A stretch of DNA of 64,000 nt from Eledone cirrhosa (lineage: Eukaryota), in NCBI GenBank assembly GCA_964016885.1, contig OZ024748.1, positions 15,996,001 through 16,060,000 of the forward strand, given 5' to 3'. A program made the position numbers and the translations under genes. This document shows, piece by piece, positions 13,738 through 28,059 of the stretch; the stretch's first letter is position 1, and each line of letters opens with the position of its first letter. The notes beneath the pieces were generated by a model. That model was not told where the DNA came from. It did not search any database and saw only the letters and a program-made list of their open reading frames with translations.

Positions 13738-13957
13738 CCCTTAACATTTAAACCAGCCATATCTGGCCAGAATTTTATCACCTCTTTCTGTTCAAACTAG
13801 CTGTAATCAGCTGCTCATACCAAAGTTAAGGTATTTTTCTCAAAATAAATAACATAAAAATCTCAAAGCTTTGATAATATGTGAGATAATTATGTGAGAT
13901 AAAGCCTTTACTGTGAAAATATAATAGTAAATATAGAGTAATGTAAATACTAAAGGG
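13738..13957 (+). mobile_element. piggyBac-type MITE family 1, inserted in a SINE I copy
   Basis: Right end taaatactaaaggg-ttaa; body matches 48630; SINE sequence resumes (attgctggcc). Confidence 0.7.
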
Positions 13958-14955
13958 TTAAATTGCTGGCCTGATGCCAAAACTAGAAACAATTACAATT
14001 TTTTGTTAGAGGCTTTTCTTACCTTCATTCTAAACACAATCTAAATATCGAAAACATTACTTATATAACTAACTCCTTTCAATTTTAAAAATTATTTTAA
14101 TATTTTTCCTTATTTTAAAAATGATTTGAAAATTGTATGCTTATTTCTTTAGAAATATAGTAATGGTCTGGCATAGTATGACAACTTCTGGCTTAGCCTG
14201 ACAACACCAGGCTTAGCATGACAACACCAGGCTTAGCATGACAACACCTGTGATGTGTGTTCTATGATAAAATACAGCCAGAAAAACTGTAATGTGTTAG
14301 CGTTGGTGCTATCATAAAATGGATTCAGTCCATTCTGTGAACTGTTGAGCTGGTGACATGATAAATTGCACCCAGAACACCCTGTAAACTGTTAGAGTTG
14401 GTATCATGATAAAATACATCTGCTCCATTCCATAAATTCTAACACAGTATTGATGTCACAAAAGTACATCTAGTTCACTATGTAACATGGTTAGTGTTAG
14501 GAAGGGCATCTATTGATTCATCCATCGATAGAAATCATGTGAAATACAAAATATAGCAAGCAAGATGGTCTCGGATCATCACAACCTCATCCAACTCATG
14601 CCACATGGAAAATAGGTGTAAAATAATTATGATGATGATTATGATGATGATAGTTTGTGCATATTTTTCAGCTGTAATCGACTATTGCACTTACACATTA
14701 TAGAAAGAAAAAGTGTTGTCACTTTCCATGAAAGCCTATAGGAGTTTGTCTGATCTATCAAAAGTCAGCCAAAAGTTATTAAAATCACATAAAAATAAGC
14801 ATATCTTAAATGTTTTAGTTGCATTATTGTTTATCTGCTTCAAGATATTAGCTGTGTTTGTACATAAGTAACTTTCAATAGATATTCTTCACATATATGC
14901 AGAAAAGTAATATGCATATATATGTGTATGTGCGTACATGTGTGTATGTGTGTGC

Positions 14956-15013
<58 letters not shown>

Positions 15014-15836
15014 GTGCATGCAAGTGTGTATATATGTATATATATATGTATATATATATGTATATACATGTATACTTATACAAATATATATATATATATA
15101 TATATATTTATACATTTGTATAGGTATATGTACACACGTGTCTGTATATATATATATATGAATATGTTCATGTATCTCTATATCAATTTATGATCTACTC
15201 AAGTGAGAATATTCTTGAAATCCATTAGGAAAGAAGGTCAGTAGTTTGTCTAGCTACAAGTAAAAAGAACTTTGACTAAAACTTCTAAAAAAAACCACAT
15301 TCATAGAAGACACATAGAGTGACACACATGCACACACACAAACACACACAGAAATACACACATGAACATAAATACACACATGTACAAAAACACAAATAGA
15401 CAAACTCAAATACACACATTCACAAACACACGGAAACACACACACACATAAGTATCCACCCAAATACAAATACAGATGCAAACACATACAAAAATGAACA
15501 CACATACACAAACACACTCATATACTTGCACACATACACAAACAAACACACTCATATACTTGCACACATACACACAGACATAATGTAATCCTTACTTTGT
15601 GATACAGTTTTCCAAAAAATGATTAATAAGAAGGAACTTATGTAATTGAGTCTTTTTATATTATTTGATAATTCTGAAAGAAGGGGTCCTACATGTAGCC
15701 CTCATAAGTTATCTGAGTCCAATGGGTTTGTTGCTGTTCATTGATGCTTCAGTTAAATTATTTGATACCAGCCCAAGCCAAACTGGCTCCGGTTCTACGA
15801 CACAAAACTCCATATTTTAAAGGGGTTTTTGTTTAA

Positions 15837-16045
15837 CCCTTTAGCATTTACATTACTCTATATATACTATTGTATTTTTACAGTAAACACTTTATTTCCC
15901 ATAATTATCTCACATAATATAGAATCCACAAGATTTTGCTATATTTATATTGAGAACAATACATTAACATAAGTATAAGCAGCTGGTTATGGCTGGTTTG
16001 AACAGAAAGAGATGAAAGAATTCTAGCCGGATATGGCTAGTTTAA
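15837..16045 (-). mobile_element. piggyBac-type MITE family 1, reverse copy
   Basis: ttaa-ccctttagcatttacattactc... Confidence 0.65.
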
Positions 16046-16172
16046 CAAGCATATATTAAGTTACTAAGTTCCATGACACAAAACTACATATTTTAAAGGG
16101 TCCATGTTGAAAATCTTCCAGCATAATTTTACATAAGAACCATATATTAAGTTAATATCTTTGCAATGAAAT

Positions 16173-16690
16173 AATGGTTTCTGCTTTTGGCACAAAGCCA
16201 GCAATTGGATGGATGGGGAAAAATCAATGAAATTGACCTCAGCACATTACTGGTACTTTATTTTATTGACCTTACAAGATTCAAAGGCAAATCTTGGTAG
16301 GATTTAAACTCAGAATGTAAAGGACTGTAACTTTGTGGTACAAAGCATGTTGTCTGACGCTCAACTGTTACTGCCAATCTACGACCCTTTTGTAATGAAA
16401 TAATAATTTTAGTAATAAACTGCTGATGATAGTGATGATGATAATGTTGGTGATGATGATTATGTTGGTGATGATGATTATGAGGAGGAGGATGCAGAAG
16501 TGTAAATAACTGTTTCTACTTTAGGCACAAGGCCAGCAATTACCCAGTGCATTACTGGTACTTTATTTTTATCGACCCCGTAAGGATGAAAGGCAAAGTC
16601 AACCTCGGCAGGATTTGAACTCAGATCGTAAAGGGACGTAACTATGCTGGAAAGCATGGCGTCCGACCCTCCACCGATACTGCCAATCCA
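16173..16690 (-). mobile_element. Two SINE family I copies (old long form 16173-16382; young short form 16509-16690)
   Basis: Similarity to the other family I copies. Confidence 0.8.
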
Positions 16691-16949
16691 GTGTAAATAA
16701 CATTATTCAGTGTGCTGGCTTAATGTAGTCAATGAAAGTTGGTTTATATCTTGCAGTCTTTATAGGTGTAATTAAGTTATATAGTTATATCAACGAATGG
16801 ACATGAGTTTCTGCAAGATTAACACAGCTACATCAGTGCAGTTGACTGTAGTTTTTGACAAGTGCAGCACAGAGAGAGAAAGTGAGAGAGAGATATATAT
16901 ATATGAAGTGAGTGAAAGGGTGAGAGAAAGCGAGAGACAAAGAGAGAGT

Positions 16950-16980
<31 letters not shown>

Positions 16981-17639
16981 TGTGAAAAGGCAAGAGAAAG
17001 TGAGAGACAAAGAGAGAGAGAGAGTGAGAGTGAGACATAGAGAGAGTGAAATGGCGTGAGAAAGCGAGAGAGAGAGAGAGAGAGATAAAGTGAGAAAAAG
17101 AAAGAGAGAGAAAGCAAGAGAGAGAGAGAAAGAGAGACAGTAAAAAAGAAAGAGAGAGGAAGGAATATACCATAATTTATTCGTATATATATTTTTCAAC
17201 ATTATATTTTAAAAAAAAGAAATACCTTCCTGTAATAATATAATCACTTTGTCATAGTCTTCCCCCATTTGGCTTTTTCATGTTGTATTACTCTGTTTTA
17301 CATTTGTCAATGTATAAAATCCATTAGATTAATGTAGTTTTCACAAACAATTCGCATCAGCAAAGCAGCTAAAATACATTTTTCTCCATCTCATCGTTCT
17401 AATATATAGTTTTATGGAATTTATTTTAGAAATTTATCAAAGTTTATATAGGATGAACATAATTCACTGACAGCCCCCCCCCCTCCCATGTAGATTTTAC
17501 CCCCCTCCCTCCCCTTATCTGAATATCTGAAAAGAGTTAAACAGAATATATTTCCTTGTTCGTTATATATTTGGTGCTGTTATTGTTTATTGTTGTGATA
17601 TACATATATATTTATATATATATATATATGTGTGTATAT

Positions 17640-17772
17640 AACGAAGGAAATGTGGTAAGGAACCAGGTGGACCATAACGCACCAAAGTACTCAATACTTG
17701 GGGTAGTAGAGTGGGTAATAGGAACCAGTAAGATCCCGACGGCTGAGCTCAAGCCGTTTCGACGGCTAATTC
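17640..17772 (-). mobile_element. Family A element fragment with HHR 3' half
   Basis: Minus: gccgtc GAAAC ggct-tgagctc-agcc GTC gggatc, then the family A tail, between TA tracts. Confidence 0.6.
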
Positions 17773-17807
17773 ATGTGTGTATATATATATATATATATGT
17801 GTGTATG

Positions 17808-17878
<71 letters not shown>

Positions 17879-18069
17879 GCTTGCATGGGTTTGGACGCAA
17901 GTTGGAAAACTCCCGTCCAAACCCATGCAAGCGTGGAACATGGACGTTAAACGATGATGATGATGATGATGATGATATATATATATATATATATATGTGT
18001 GTATGTATATATATTTATATATATATATATATGTATATATATATTTATATATATGGGTCTATATATATA

Positions 18070-18102
<33 letters not shown>

Positions 18103-18856
18103 GTGTGTGCGTATATATATATATGTGTATATATATGTGTATATAACGAAGGAAGTGTGATAAGGAACCAGGTGGACCATAATGCAGTCCAGAAATAGTC
18201 ATTGAAATGTCTTGAGCTCTGCTGTCGGGGTCTTCAACATTTTCGTATATGTGTATGTATATATATATATATATATACGTGTGTGTGTATATATATACAT
18301 ATATACACAACAATATATGAGGTGTAAGTGTAATAGTTCACTATTTTCATTGGTAAGATGAGATAAGCTTGATGCACCTTTTTAGCCCTTCATTCTTCAG
18401 GAACAAATGGATGACTAAAGGGTAGTTCCAGTCGCAGATCATTTACAATTCAAAATTCAATAAGACTAAGTATCACTATTATTTTTATTATTTACTTTGT
18501 GGCAGTGCTTGTTGTAATAGAGGTGAGTGTTTATCACAGGACGTTTCAATGCGGCTAGATTATTCCATCCATCTTTCTATGATAAATAGCAGAACACACT
18601 GCTATATAACCTTAAAGACAACTTTTTTAACATCCCCTGCTATAACCAATTAACAGATTTAACATATTTTAACATGCTTGTGGAAAAACACTGATAAATC
18701 TTTATTTCTTGCATGTCTGTAAACAAACCCAACCTTATGCTTTGCACTTGTAAATTTATAATTCCATGTTTTTTTAATGCATATTGCTTTGAATCCGATA
18801 TTATTCTTGATAATTGTCTTATGATATTAATCAATTTATTGATATTCTTTATTATA

Positions 18857-18985
18857 TATATTTCCTGAAGAGAGATGGTTTGGATAGAGCCACCCATAAT
18901 GGAGTAAATAACTTACTGATAATATTAGGGTTCTCCACCAGTTGATGGGATAATCTAGCCACATTGAAATGTCCATAGCAATGTA
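18857..18985 (+). ncRNA. Type I hammerhead ribozyme with extended (~95 nt) stem II
   Basis: uauauuuc CUGAAGA [ugguuuggau..cccau..uggag / cucca..auggg..aucuagcca] GAAA ug-uc-c AUA gcaaugua; stem I pairs at 7 of 8 positions. Confidence 0.65.
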
Positions 18986-19585
18986 TAAATAAATAATAAT
19001 AAAAATACTAAACCTTGGTCTTATTGAATTTTGAATTTTATATATATATATATATATTATATATATCATCATCATCATCTTCGTTTAACGTCCATTTTCC
19101 ACGCTAAGGGCATTGTTTCAATGGGGTACCAGGGAACAAGTACCCCCCCCCCTATATATATATTTATTCATATATATATATATATTTATTCATATATATA
19201 TATATGTATTCATATATATATCCGTCTAACCCATGCTAGTGTGGAAAATGGATGTTAAACGAAGATGATGATGATGATGATATATATATTAAATGTTAAA
19301 GAAAACAATACCAAATTCTTCAACAAATATATTTAATGGCTTACAATTGTTTCGGAAATCATATCAACATTCTGCACTTAGAGATGATAGTTATCGAATG
19401 CTTACTTACATTGTTTGTTTGTCTTGCATCTAACACGCATTGAGCACACTGTCCTTTTCACTACTGGCATATAATTCTCATAACTAATCTTTTATCTCTC
19501 CTCCTCGATTAGTTTGTATGCATAATTTTGATATATAAATACATATAGCAGTGAAAACGGACATTAAAACTAATATATATATATA

Positions 19586-20152
19586 TCATCATCATCACCA
19601 TCATCGTTTAACGTCTATCTTCCACGTTAGCATGGGTTTTATTCCATTTGATGCAGGAATGGTCGTGAGACCATGTCTTGCTCTCACAGAAGTGTCGCTG
19701 GCAGGTTTTATTATACAGCTGGATGGCCTTCCTAACACCAACCACATTTACAGTGTGGACTGGGGGCCTTTTCCCTGTGTCTCCTACACAACCACCTTAC
19801 AGTGTGGATTGTATTGTCATCGACACACTGGACGGAATAGGAAAGGGAGGATGGGGTAGGGTGTGGCAGTGGGTGTACATTGAGTTCAGAGGTGCCTACT
19901 GACTGTAGGTTTGTATCCAATGGTAGTTGGGTCTTCTGTACAACTGCATGGCGCCAAAGGTCTCACTCCAGTGTCATTGTCTTAGAGAGGTGTAGGTGGG
20001 CAAGGTCAGTTTTTATCACCTTGTCCCAGGTTTTTCTTGGTCTACCCACTCCGCAGCTTTCATCAATTTTCATTGCCCTGCACTTTTTTATACAGCTGTC
20101 GTCCTTCATATGCATCACATGTCCATACCAATGCAACCTCCTCTCCACAACA
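19586..20152 (-). mobile_element. 5'-truncated RTE-clade LINE (ORF C-terminus, 3' UTR and (GAT)n tail)
   Basis: ERRLHWYGHVMHM...GRPRKTWDKVIKTDL is the typical RTE C-terminal motif; tail gacgttaaacgatgatg. Confidence 0.85.
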
Positions 20153-20165
20153 CAATATATATATA

Positions 20166-20350
20166 TATTTATTAAAATAACAGATTAAAGTTTAAGCAAA
20201 GAATCGCTGCTTTCACCCTTAACGGGAACTTCTGAAACTTTCAGAAGTTTCCGTTAAGGGTGAAAACAGCGATTCTTTGCTTAAACTTTAATCTGTTATT
20301 TTACTAAATATTTGCTCTATGGTTCTTATATATTTGATATATATTTATCC
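20166..20350. mobile_element. TA-flanked fold-back element, family C
   Basis: ~72-bp inverted arms centred on 20238 (ctgaaa-c-tttcag); right arm is homologous to 7030-7140. Confidence 0.7.
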
Positions 20351-20351
20351 G

Positions 20352-20487
20352 TATGTTGATGCCCTAAGGACAGACACTGGTCTATTGGAGACGCAGGACA
20401 TGGCAGCGATAATGAGGGACAGAGACCGCTGGAGAGAACTCGTCCATGGATCTCGGGAATTTTACCCGCCTTAGAATAGAATAGAAT
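20352..20487 (+). mobile_element. 3' end of an RTE-like LINE with (AATAG)n tail
   Basis: Translates YVDALRTDTGLLETQDMAAIMRDRDRWRELVHGSREFYPP* (DTGL...M.DR..WR motif), followed by aatagaataga. Confidence 0.7.
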
Positions 20488-21745
20488 ATATATATATATA
20501 TACATATATATATACATTGTTGCATACATAATATTTTCAGTCAGATATAAGTAAACCTCAACATTTTATTTATGTTTCCATTTAGGTTGGCCCTGACCTG
20601 AATAAACTAGAGCAATGTGAAATAAAGTATCTTGCTTAAGTACACAACATATCACCAGGTCTGGGAATCAAACTTGCAATTATAGGATTCTGAACCCAAC
20701 ATTCTAACCACTAAGCCTGGTGTTTTCTCTATCACAAATTACTTCAGGAATTATATATACGTTAATGAAAGATGTAATGTCATATAAGAAGGAATTACAA
20801 GTCTAATTTAATCATTTAAGTATATTATGGTATCATATTGAGTGTTCCAATGTTATGTAGACTTAATCTCAACAAAATTCTGAAGGCAAAATATTATGCT
20901 TATCAAACGATATTAACATTTACATATTTAGTCAGTAAGTTGCATAATAACATGTTTAGAAGATATGATTATGTAGAGAATAGTTTCTGCTAGACGTAAA
21001 ACTTACTAACTTAGCAAAGCGACAGAGCAATTACAAGGGATGAGGAGGGGGGGGGGGGGGGGGGTAAATGTTAAAATGTTTTGTAGTATTTGTTCTGGGT
21101 CTCTAATTCTTGAGTTCAAAATCTTCTCTGGTCAACTTTGTCTTTCATTGTTTTTGCAGTTCATATATAAACTACCAGTAAAATACTAGGGTTGATTCTT
21201 TCCTTCCCCTATATATCTTTATCTCTTCTCTCTCACTCTCTCTATTTATTTGGAAGAAATTGGCTGTATTCAGAGCTGGATTGAGATGGGTTCCAGCAGA
21301 TGTAAATGCCTAAGACACATCATACATAAAAATGACATCTCTATAAACGCAATCAGGTCTATGGATTCCATGATGTTCAGAAAATTAGATATGCACTAGT
21401 GACAGAAAGCAGGATTTGAACTCAGAATGCACAGATACAGAACATATACCACATCCAATGCTTTAACAATGCTGCCAATCCACTGCCCTGATAGATGGAT
21501 GCGGTATTTACCAACATCCAAAAGGATGAAAGGCAAATTTGACCTCGGTGAGTTTTGAACCCAGAATGTACAGAGTACTGAGAGCCAAAACAAATACTGC
21601 AAGGCATTTCTAACAGCTCTGTTATACTCCAATTCCTCCTACAACAGCATCTTCTATGTAAAAGGAAATGAAACACTATAACACCTATATTCTGATAATC
21701 TGACGTTTATCTCTGCCCACATAAGGAAGTGAGATGCTTTCAGTT

Positions 21746-21778
<33 letters not shown>

Positions 21779-22450
21779 CACATACACACCCATCAACACT
21801 TGGAAGCATAGAAAATTGGACATAAAAAGGCTGATAATGTACATGTATGTCTTTATATATATATATATATATACATATATATATACATAAATCTATACAT
21901 ACATAGAAATATATATATACATATACATAAATCTATACTTACATAGAAATATATATATATATATATATATACATGCTTTAGCAATTTCCATTAGGAGAAA
22001 GACTAAAGGACTAAACAAGGCCAATCTCCAATCTTCACACATAATGATAAGAGTGTTTATATAGGAAATAGTCAGTGTTGTATTGTAAATAATAGATTTG
22101 GAAATATTTATTCAATTATCTTCTTTACAAGTGAATGAGTTCTTTGTTTGCTCAATGCACTTAAAACACTCTAACCCTTTAACTTTATCACACATCCTTT
22201 CCTTTGAAGAAAAATGGCTGCTGTGAAAATAGGATATATCATAATTAATATACACTGATTTCTAATTAGAAAAGAGCTAAATAATTAAATGAATCACCAT
22301 TCAAAATACATAATATATCGTTTGCTATGTTTTACTTGTTCTGACATTATAAGAAAAAAAAGTAATAAAATAAAATATCGTTAATATGGTAATATAGTGT
22401 TTCACTTGTTAAATGCGTGTGTTTGTTTGTGGGCATGAGTGAATGTGTGG

Positions 22451-22491
<41 letters not shown>

Positions 22492-22592
22492 TATATATGT
22501 GTGTGTGTGTCTCTGTGTTGGACCAGCATCAGTTCTGATGACAAGTGATATTATTTTTGAACGATGGGACTTTCTGCACAAGCATATACATA

Positions 22593-22656
<64 letters not shown>

Positions 22657-22670
22657 TATATATATATATA

Positions 22671-22800
22671 CAGATCAAACCTTGAGCTGATCAATAGTGA
22701 AACGCACATCACTACTCAATAAACATAATGAAGACATAACAAATCGTCCTATTTATTATTATTACACTCTGCTTAGTACTACACCTCCATACTTACTGTA
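22671..22800 (+). mobile_element. TA-flanked element with HHR 3' half, homolog of 51075-51220
   Basis: cagatcaaaccttgagctgatcaatagt GAAAC gcac ATC...acataacaaatcgtc matches the reverse complement of 51082-51152. Confidence 0.6.
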
Positions 22801-23398
22801 TATATATATATATATCAAGTGTATATATATATATACATGTGTGTGTGTGTATGTAATAAAATGTAGTTTGCTTGAAGCATTGTATATAATATATAATGTG
22901 GAAAGTGATTATATGTAATAAGGCTAAACAATGTAAAATGGACAGTAAGATGAAGGTAACAAAAAAGTTAGTTACCTGTAATCTTTGATTCTTTTTTTTT
23001 TTTTTTTGTTTCGTCCTAATATTTTTGGACTTAAAATTCCCTTCTTTTGAGTATATGGAATTCTCAGAGAAAAATATTCCAGTTTCTTCTCTTTGGAATT
23101 AGATTTATATATATATATCAGTTCCCGTCCCACCCTTACAAGCAGGGAAAAGCGGACATAAAATGAAATGATGGTGAAATGATGATATATATATTATATT
23201 ATTGTGTGTGAAAGCTGACAAACCTCAGCAGCATCATCCCTATCACATCTAATTAGCCATCTCTAATCCCAAATTTCACCATCAACAGACATAACAGGGA
23301 CTACTTAGCAGTAATGACAAATAGTAATTTTTGATTCCTATACAAAATAATTTGGGCCAAACCGAAGTGAAAATACTTCTAAAGGACTCATGATGATG

Positions 23399-23452
<54 letters not shown>

Positions 23453-24523
23453 TAACCATTCTACTTCCTTTTTTTCATAACAACAACAACATCAACAACA
23501 ATAATAATAATTTTTAAATAGTTAAATTGAAAGACAACATTCACAGAAACACTAAAACATAAATGCAAATTTGAATCTGAATATTTTAAACTTTCGATCA
23601 AAATTTAAAGGAAAATAATAATGATAATAATAAAGAAGACAATAAAGAATATATAAAGTAAAAAGAAAGAAAATATAATAAATTTAAATAAAATTGTTTA
23701 AAATGAAATAAATTAAAATATTTTATTTTGTTTTTCATATCTTGAAGTATCATAAAATATTTTTGTTTTTCAGATGATGATGTTGCTGTTGTTGTTGATG
23801 ATGTAACAGACCATCAAAAGTAGAATTTTCATCATAGGCGTTTTTTATTTAATTTTAAAAAATACTCAGCTTTAATGAAATACGAATGGTTTTTGAAGTC
23901 CTAAATGCTTTTAAAATTTAAATAGCCTGAGAAAAATAAAATAAAGTTTTACAGGGGAAATAAAGTGGGGAATTTTTTTGTTGAAAATTATTTTTAAAGA
24001 AAAGCAATAATTATTATGAATGATTTAAATATTATAAGCATCTTGTTTTGGTGTAGGATAGAACAAAGAAGAGACACACAAAATAAAAACCTAGTCACTG
24101 AGGAGGTCACAGAACGTGTGATGAAAGAGCTTTGACAGTATATAAACAATCTTTCAGTGTTCGAACAAACCAACCAGAAATTTATAATAAATTGAAGTGA
24201 AAACCAACAGGTGGTGTGTGTGTTTTTATTGGCAACATGACCCTCCCAGAGTATAACAATATCGGTTTCAACACACATTTTCAGATAAGAATTCTTGCAA
24301 AACAAATTCAAAAAAGAATTATATATATATATATATACTGTACATATATATACACACACACACATATATATATATACACACATATATATATATATACACA
24401 CAGACACATATATATATATACACACACGCACATATATATATACACACACACACATATATATATACACACACACATATATATATATACACACACATATATA
24501 TATATATATACACACATACGCAC

Positions 24524-24554
<31 letters not shown>

Positions 24555-24623
24555 TATATATACACACACATATATATACACACACATATATATATATATA
24601 TACAGACATATATATATATATGT

Positions 24624-24654
<31 letters not shown>

Positions 24655-25145
24655 CACACACACATATATATATATATACACACACAGACACATATACATA
24701 TATATATATATACAGACACACACACACACATATATATATATACACACACATATATATATATACACACAGACACATATACATATATATATATATACAGACA
24801 CACACACACACACATATATATATATACACACACACCCATATATATATAAAGGTCAAGACTGTGAAAGTCTGCAGTTTATTTGTTCATTACTGTGGCCATT
24901 GTATCCAATTTTTATGATGTATGTTTATATTGTTGATAACATTGTGGTGATATGTTTCTGATTCAGTTGTTGCCAATATTGACTCTCTTCTCTTCTTCCT
25001 CCTCCTTCTCTTCTTTCTTCTTCTTCTTCTTGCTTAAATCTCTTGCAGCAGACATGTCAAGAGAAGAATACTCTGAATGGTCACTTAGAATATATATTGG
25101 CATGGATAATTGACGAAGGCCACTTATAATGTATATATACACACT

Positions 25146-25223
<78 letters not shown>

Positions 25224-25642
25224 GACATATATATATATGTCTATATATATATATTTATATATATAGACATATATATATCTATATGTCTATATATATAAAT
25301 ATATATTTATAGACATATATATATATTTATATATAGACATATATATATATATATATATAGACATATATATATAAATAGATATGTATATATTATATATACA
25401 TATATACACATTATATATATATATGTATACATATATAAATATATACATGCTTACACACACACACATATATATATAAATGCGTATATATATATATACATAT
25501 ATACATATATATACATATATATACATATATATACATATATATATATACATATAAATAAATACATAGTTATATATACACATATATATATATATATATGTTC
25601 ATATATATATTATATGTGTACACATATTTATATACACACACG

Positions 25643-25701
<59 letters not shown>

Positions 25702-25972
25702 ATTGGTTAAATAAATTGGAACAATGTAGAAATAATGGGAAGCCTATATGAATGACCATATAGAACATAGTTATTGCCAGGCTGGTTTTGAATACTTGCA
25801 ACAATGATGTATTATAAGTCAGTGTGTATGTATGTGTGTATGTAGATGTGTGTATGGGTATGTGGACATATGTGTATATGTATGTGTGTGTAAGAGAGAG
25901 AGAGAGAGACAGACAGAGAGAGACTGAAAATATAGTATCAATGGTGTTATAGAATGATATATATTGATGTAT

Positions 25973-26060
<88 letters not shown>

Positions 26061-26165
26061 ATACATTTGTGTGTAGTAATACTGACTATTAAGTAGGACA
26101 AATCTGATTTATGACACGAGAAAGGGGCTAATAATAATGACAGGACAATTTACAATACACTAAGC

Positions 26166-26213
<48 letters not shown>

Positions 26214-26359
26214 TCATATGTATAAATATTTTGTATGTATGTATACCCACCGACAAACAGAGACACACACATAGTATATATATATATATATATATATACT
26301 CATATGTATAAATATTTTGTATGTATGTATACCCACCGACAAACAGAGACACACACATA

Positions 26360-26406
<47 letters not shown>

Positions 26407-26859
26407 AAGTAAATGATAACAGCCAGGCAGGACATGTAGAATATATATTTCCCAACTACAACCTATGTTGAATACTTGGTCTAATGATGTATGATGTAGA
26501 GTGCCTAATAATGATGACTCCATAAAATATAAATCCGTGCGTGTATGTTGAGTAATGATGTTTAATGGCAATTTTTAAATAATCACTGTGTAAAATATAT
26601 ATATATATATATATATATATTACAACAATAGTGAATTGGTATAGTTGTTTGAACATCATCATCATCACTGTTTAATGTCCATTTTTTTCATGCTGGCATG
26701 GGTTAGACAAGTTGTCCCATTGTGAGACAAGCCAAATAAAATGGCTGTCTTGTTCAACCAGAACTGTTTCCGGTTTGGTTTCTATGGCTGGATGTCCTTT
26801 CTAATGGCAAACATATTTATAGTGTGGACTGCATGCTGTTTATCATGGCACCAAAACAA

Positions 26860-27778
26860 CCAGCTGATAGGTTGTACTGGATGCTTTTTGTCATGTCATC
26901 AACATGGCTGTTTTACAGGGTGGACTGGGTGCTTTTTGTTATGACAACAACATGGCTGCTTTACAGAGTAGACTGGGTGCTTTTTGTCATGACAACAGCA
27001 TGGCTGTTTTACAGGGTGGACTGGGTGCTTTTTGTTATGACAACAACATGGCTGCTTTACAGAGTAGACTGGGTGCTTTTCGTCATGACAACAACATGAC
27101 CAACTGACAGGTTGGACTTGGTGCTTTTTGTTGTGTTACCAACACAACCACTCTGCAAAGTGGACTGGTTGCTTTTTGTCATGTCACCAATACAACTACT
27201 CTGAAGTGTGAACTGGCTTTTCCTTGTGTCACCAACACAACCCCTATGCAGAGCAAATTGGGTGGTTTTTGTCATGTCACTAACAAGACTATTCTGCAGG
27301 GTGGACTGGGTTCCTTTTGTTATATCACCAGCACCCACATCTGCAGGGCAGACTGGGTGCTTTTGTCATGTCACCAACACCCAAATCTGCAGGGCAGACT
27401 GGGTTCTTTTGTTATGTCACCAACACCCAAATCTGCAGGGCAGACTGGGTGCTTTTGTTATGTCACCAGCACCCAAATCTGCAGGGCAGACTGGGTGCTT
27501 TTGTTATGTCACCAGCACTCAAATCTGCAGGGCAGACTGGGTGCTTTTGTTATGTCACCAGCACCCAAATCTGCAGGGAAGACTGGGTGCTTTTGTTATG
27601 TCACCAGCACCCAAATCTGCAGGGCAGACTGGGTGCTTTTGTTATGTCACCAGCACCCAAATCTGCAGGGCAGACTGGGTGCTTTTGTTATGTCACCAAC
27701 ACCCAAATCTGCAGGGCAGACTGGGTGCTTTTGTTATGTCACCAGCACCCAAATCTGCAGGGCAGACTGGGTGCTTTT
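26860..27778. repeat. SINE-derived minisatellite; ~47-bp older units, then ~10 homogeneous 46-bp units
   Basis: Unit ttttgttatgtcaccagcacccaaatctgcagggcagactgggtgc; ctgcagggca recurs at 27341, 27387 and onward. Confidence 0.9.
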
Positions 27779-28059
27779 AGTCATGCAACCAACATAATTA
27801 CTTTACCGGCTGGACATCAGATAGAATACAATGCAGTATTCATTCCAGGTCTCTGCACTCTGATTTCAAATCCCACTGTGGTCAACATTGTTGCTCATCC
27901 TTTTGAGGTCAATAAAAGAAAGTACCAGTTTATTGTGGCACCAGTACTAGAAAGGTTGACACATGCTTGACCAGACTGAAGAATCCTTTCAACTCTATAT
28001 TGTAGCTTCAGATTATACATTAATGAGTGTCACAGTGTTGGACCTCTGTTGGTTTAGGT

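Noticed and set aside
18490-18740. Decayed PLE GIY-YIG C-terminus upstream of the 18857 HHR (…VEKH**…NKPNL)
   Set aside because: Too degenerate, with in-frame stops; needs tBLASTn or HMM support
27317-27778. CRISPR-like array of palindromic repeats
   Set aside because: No unique spacers, no cas genes, eukaryotic context; the unit derives from a SINE
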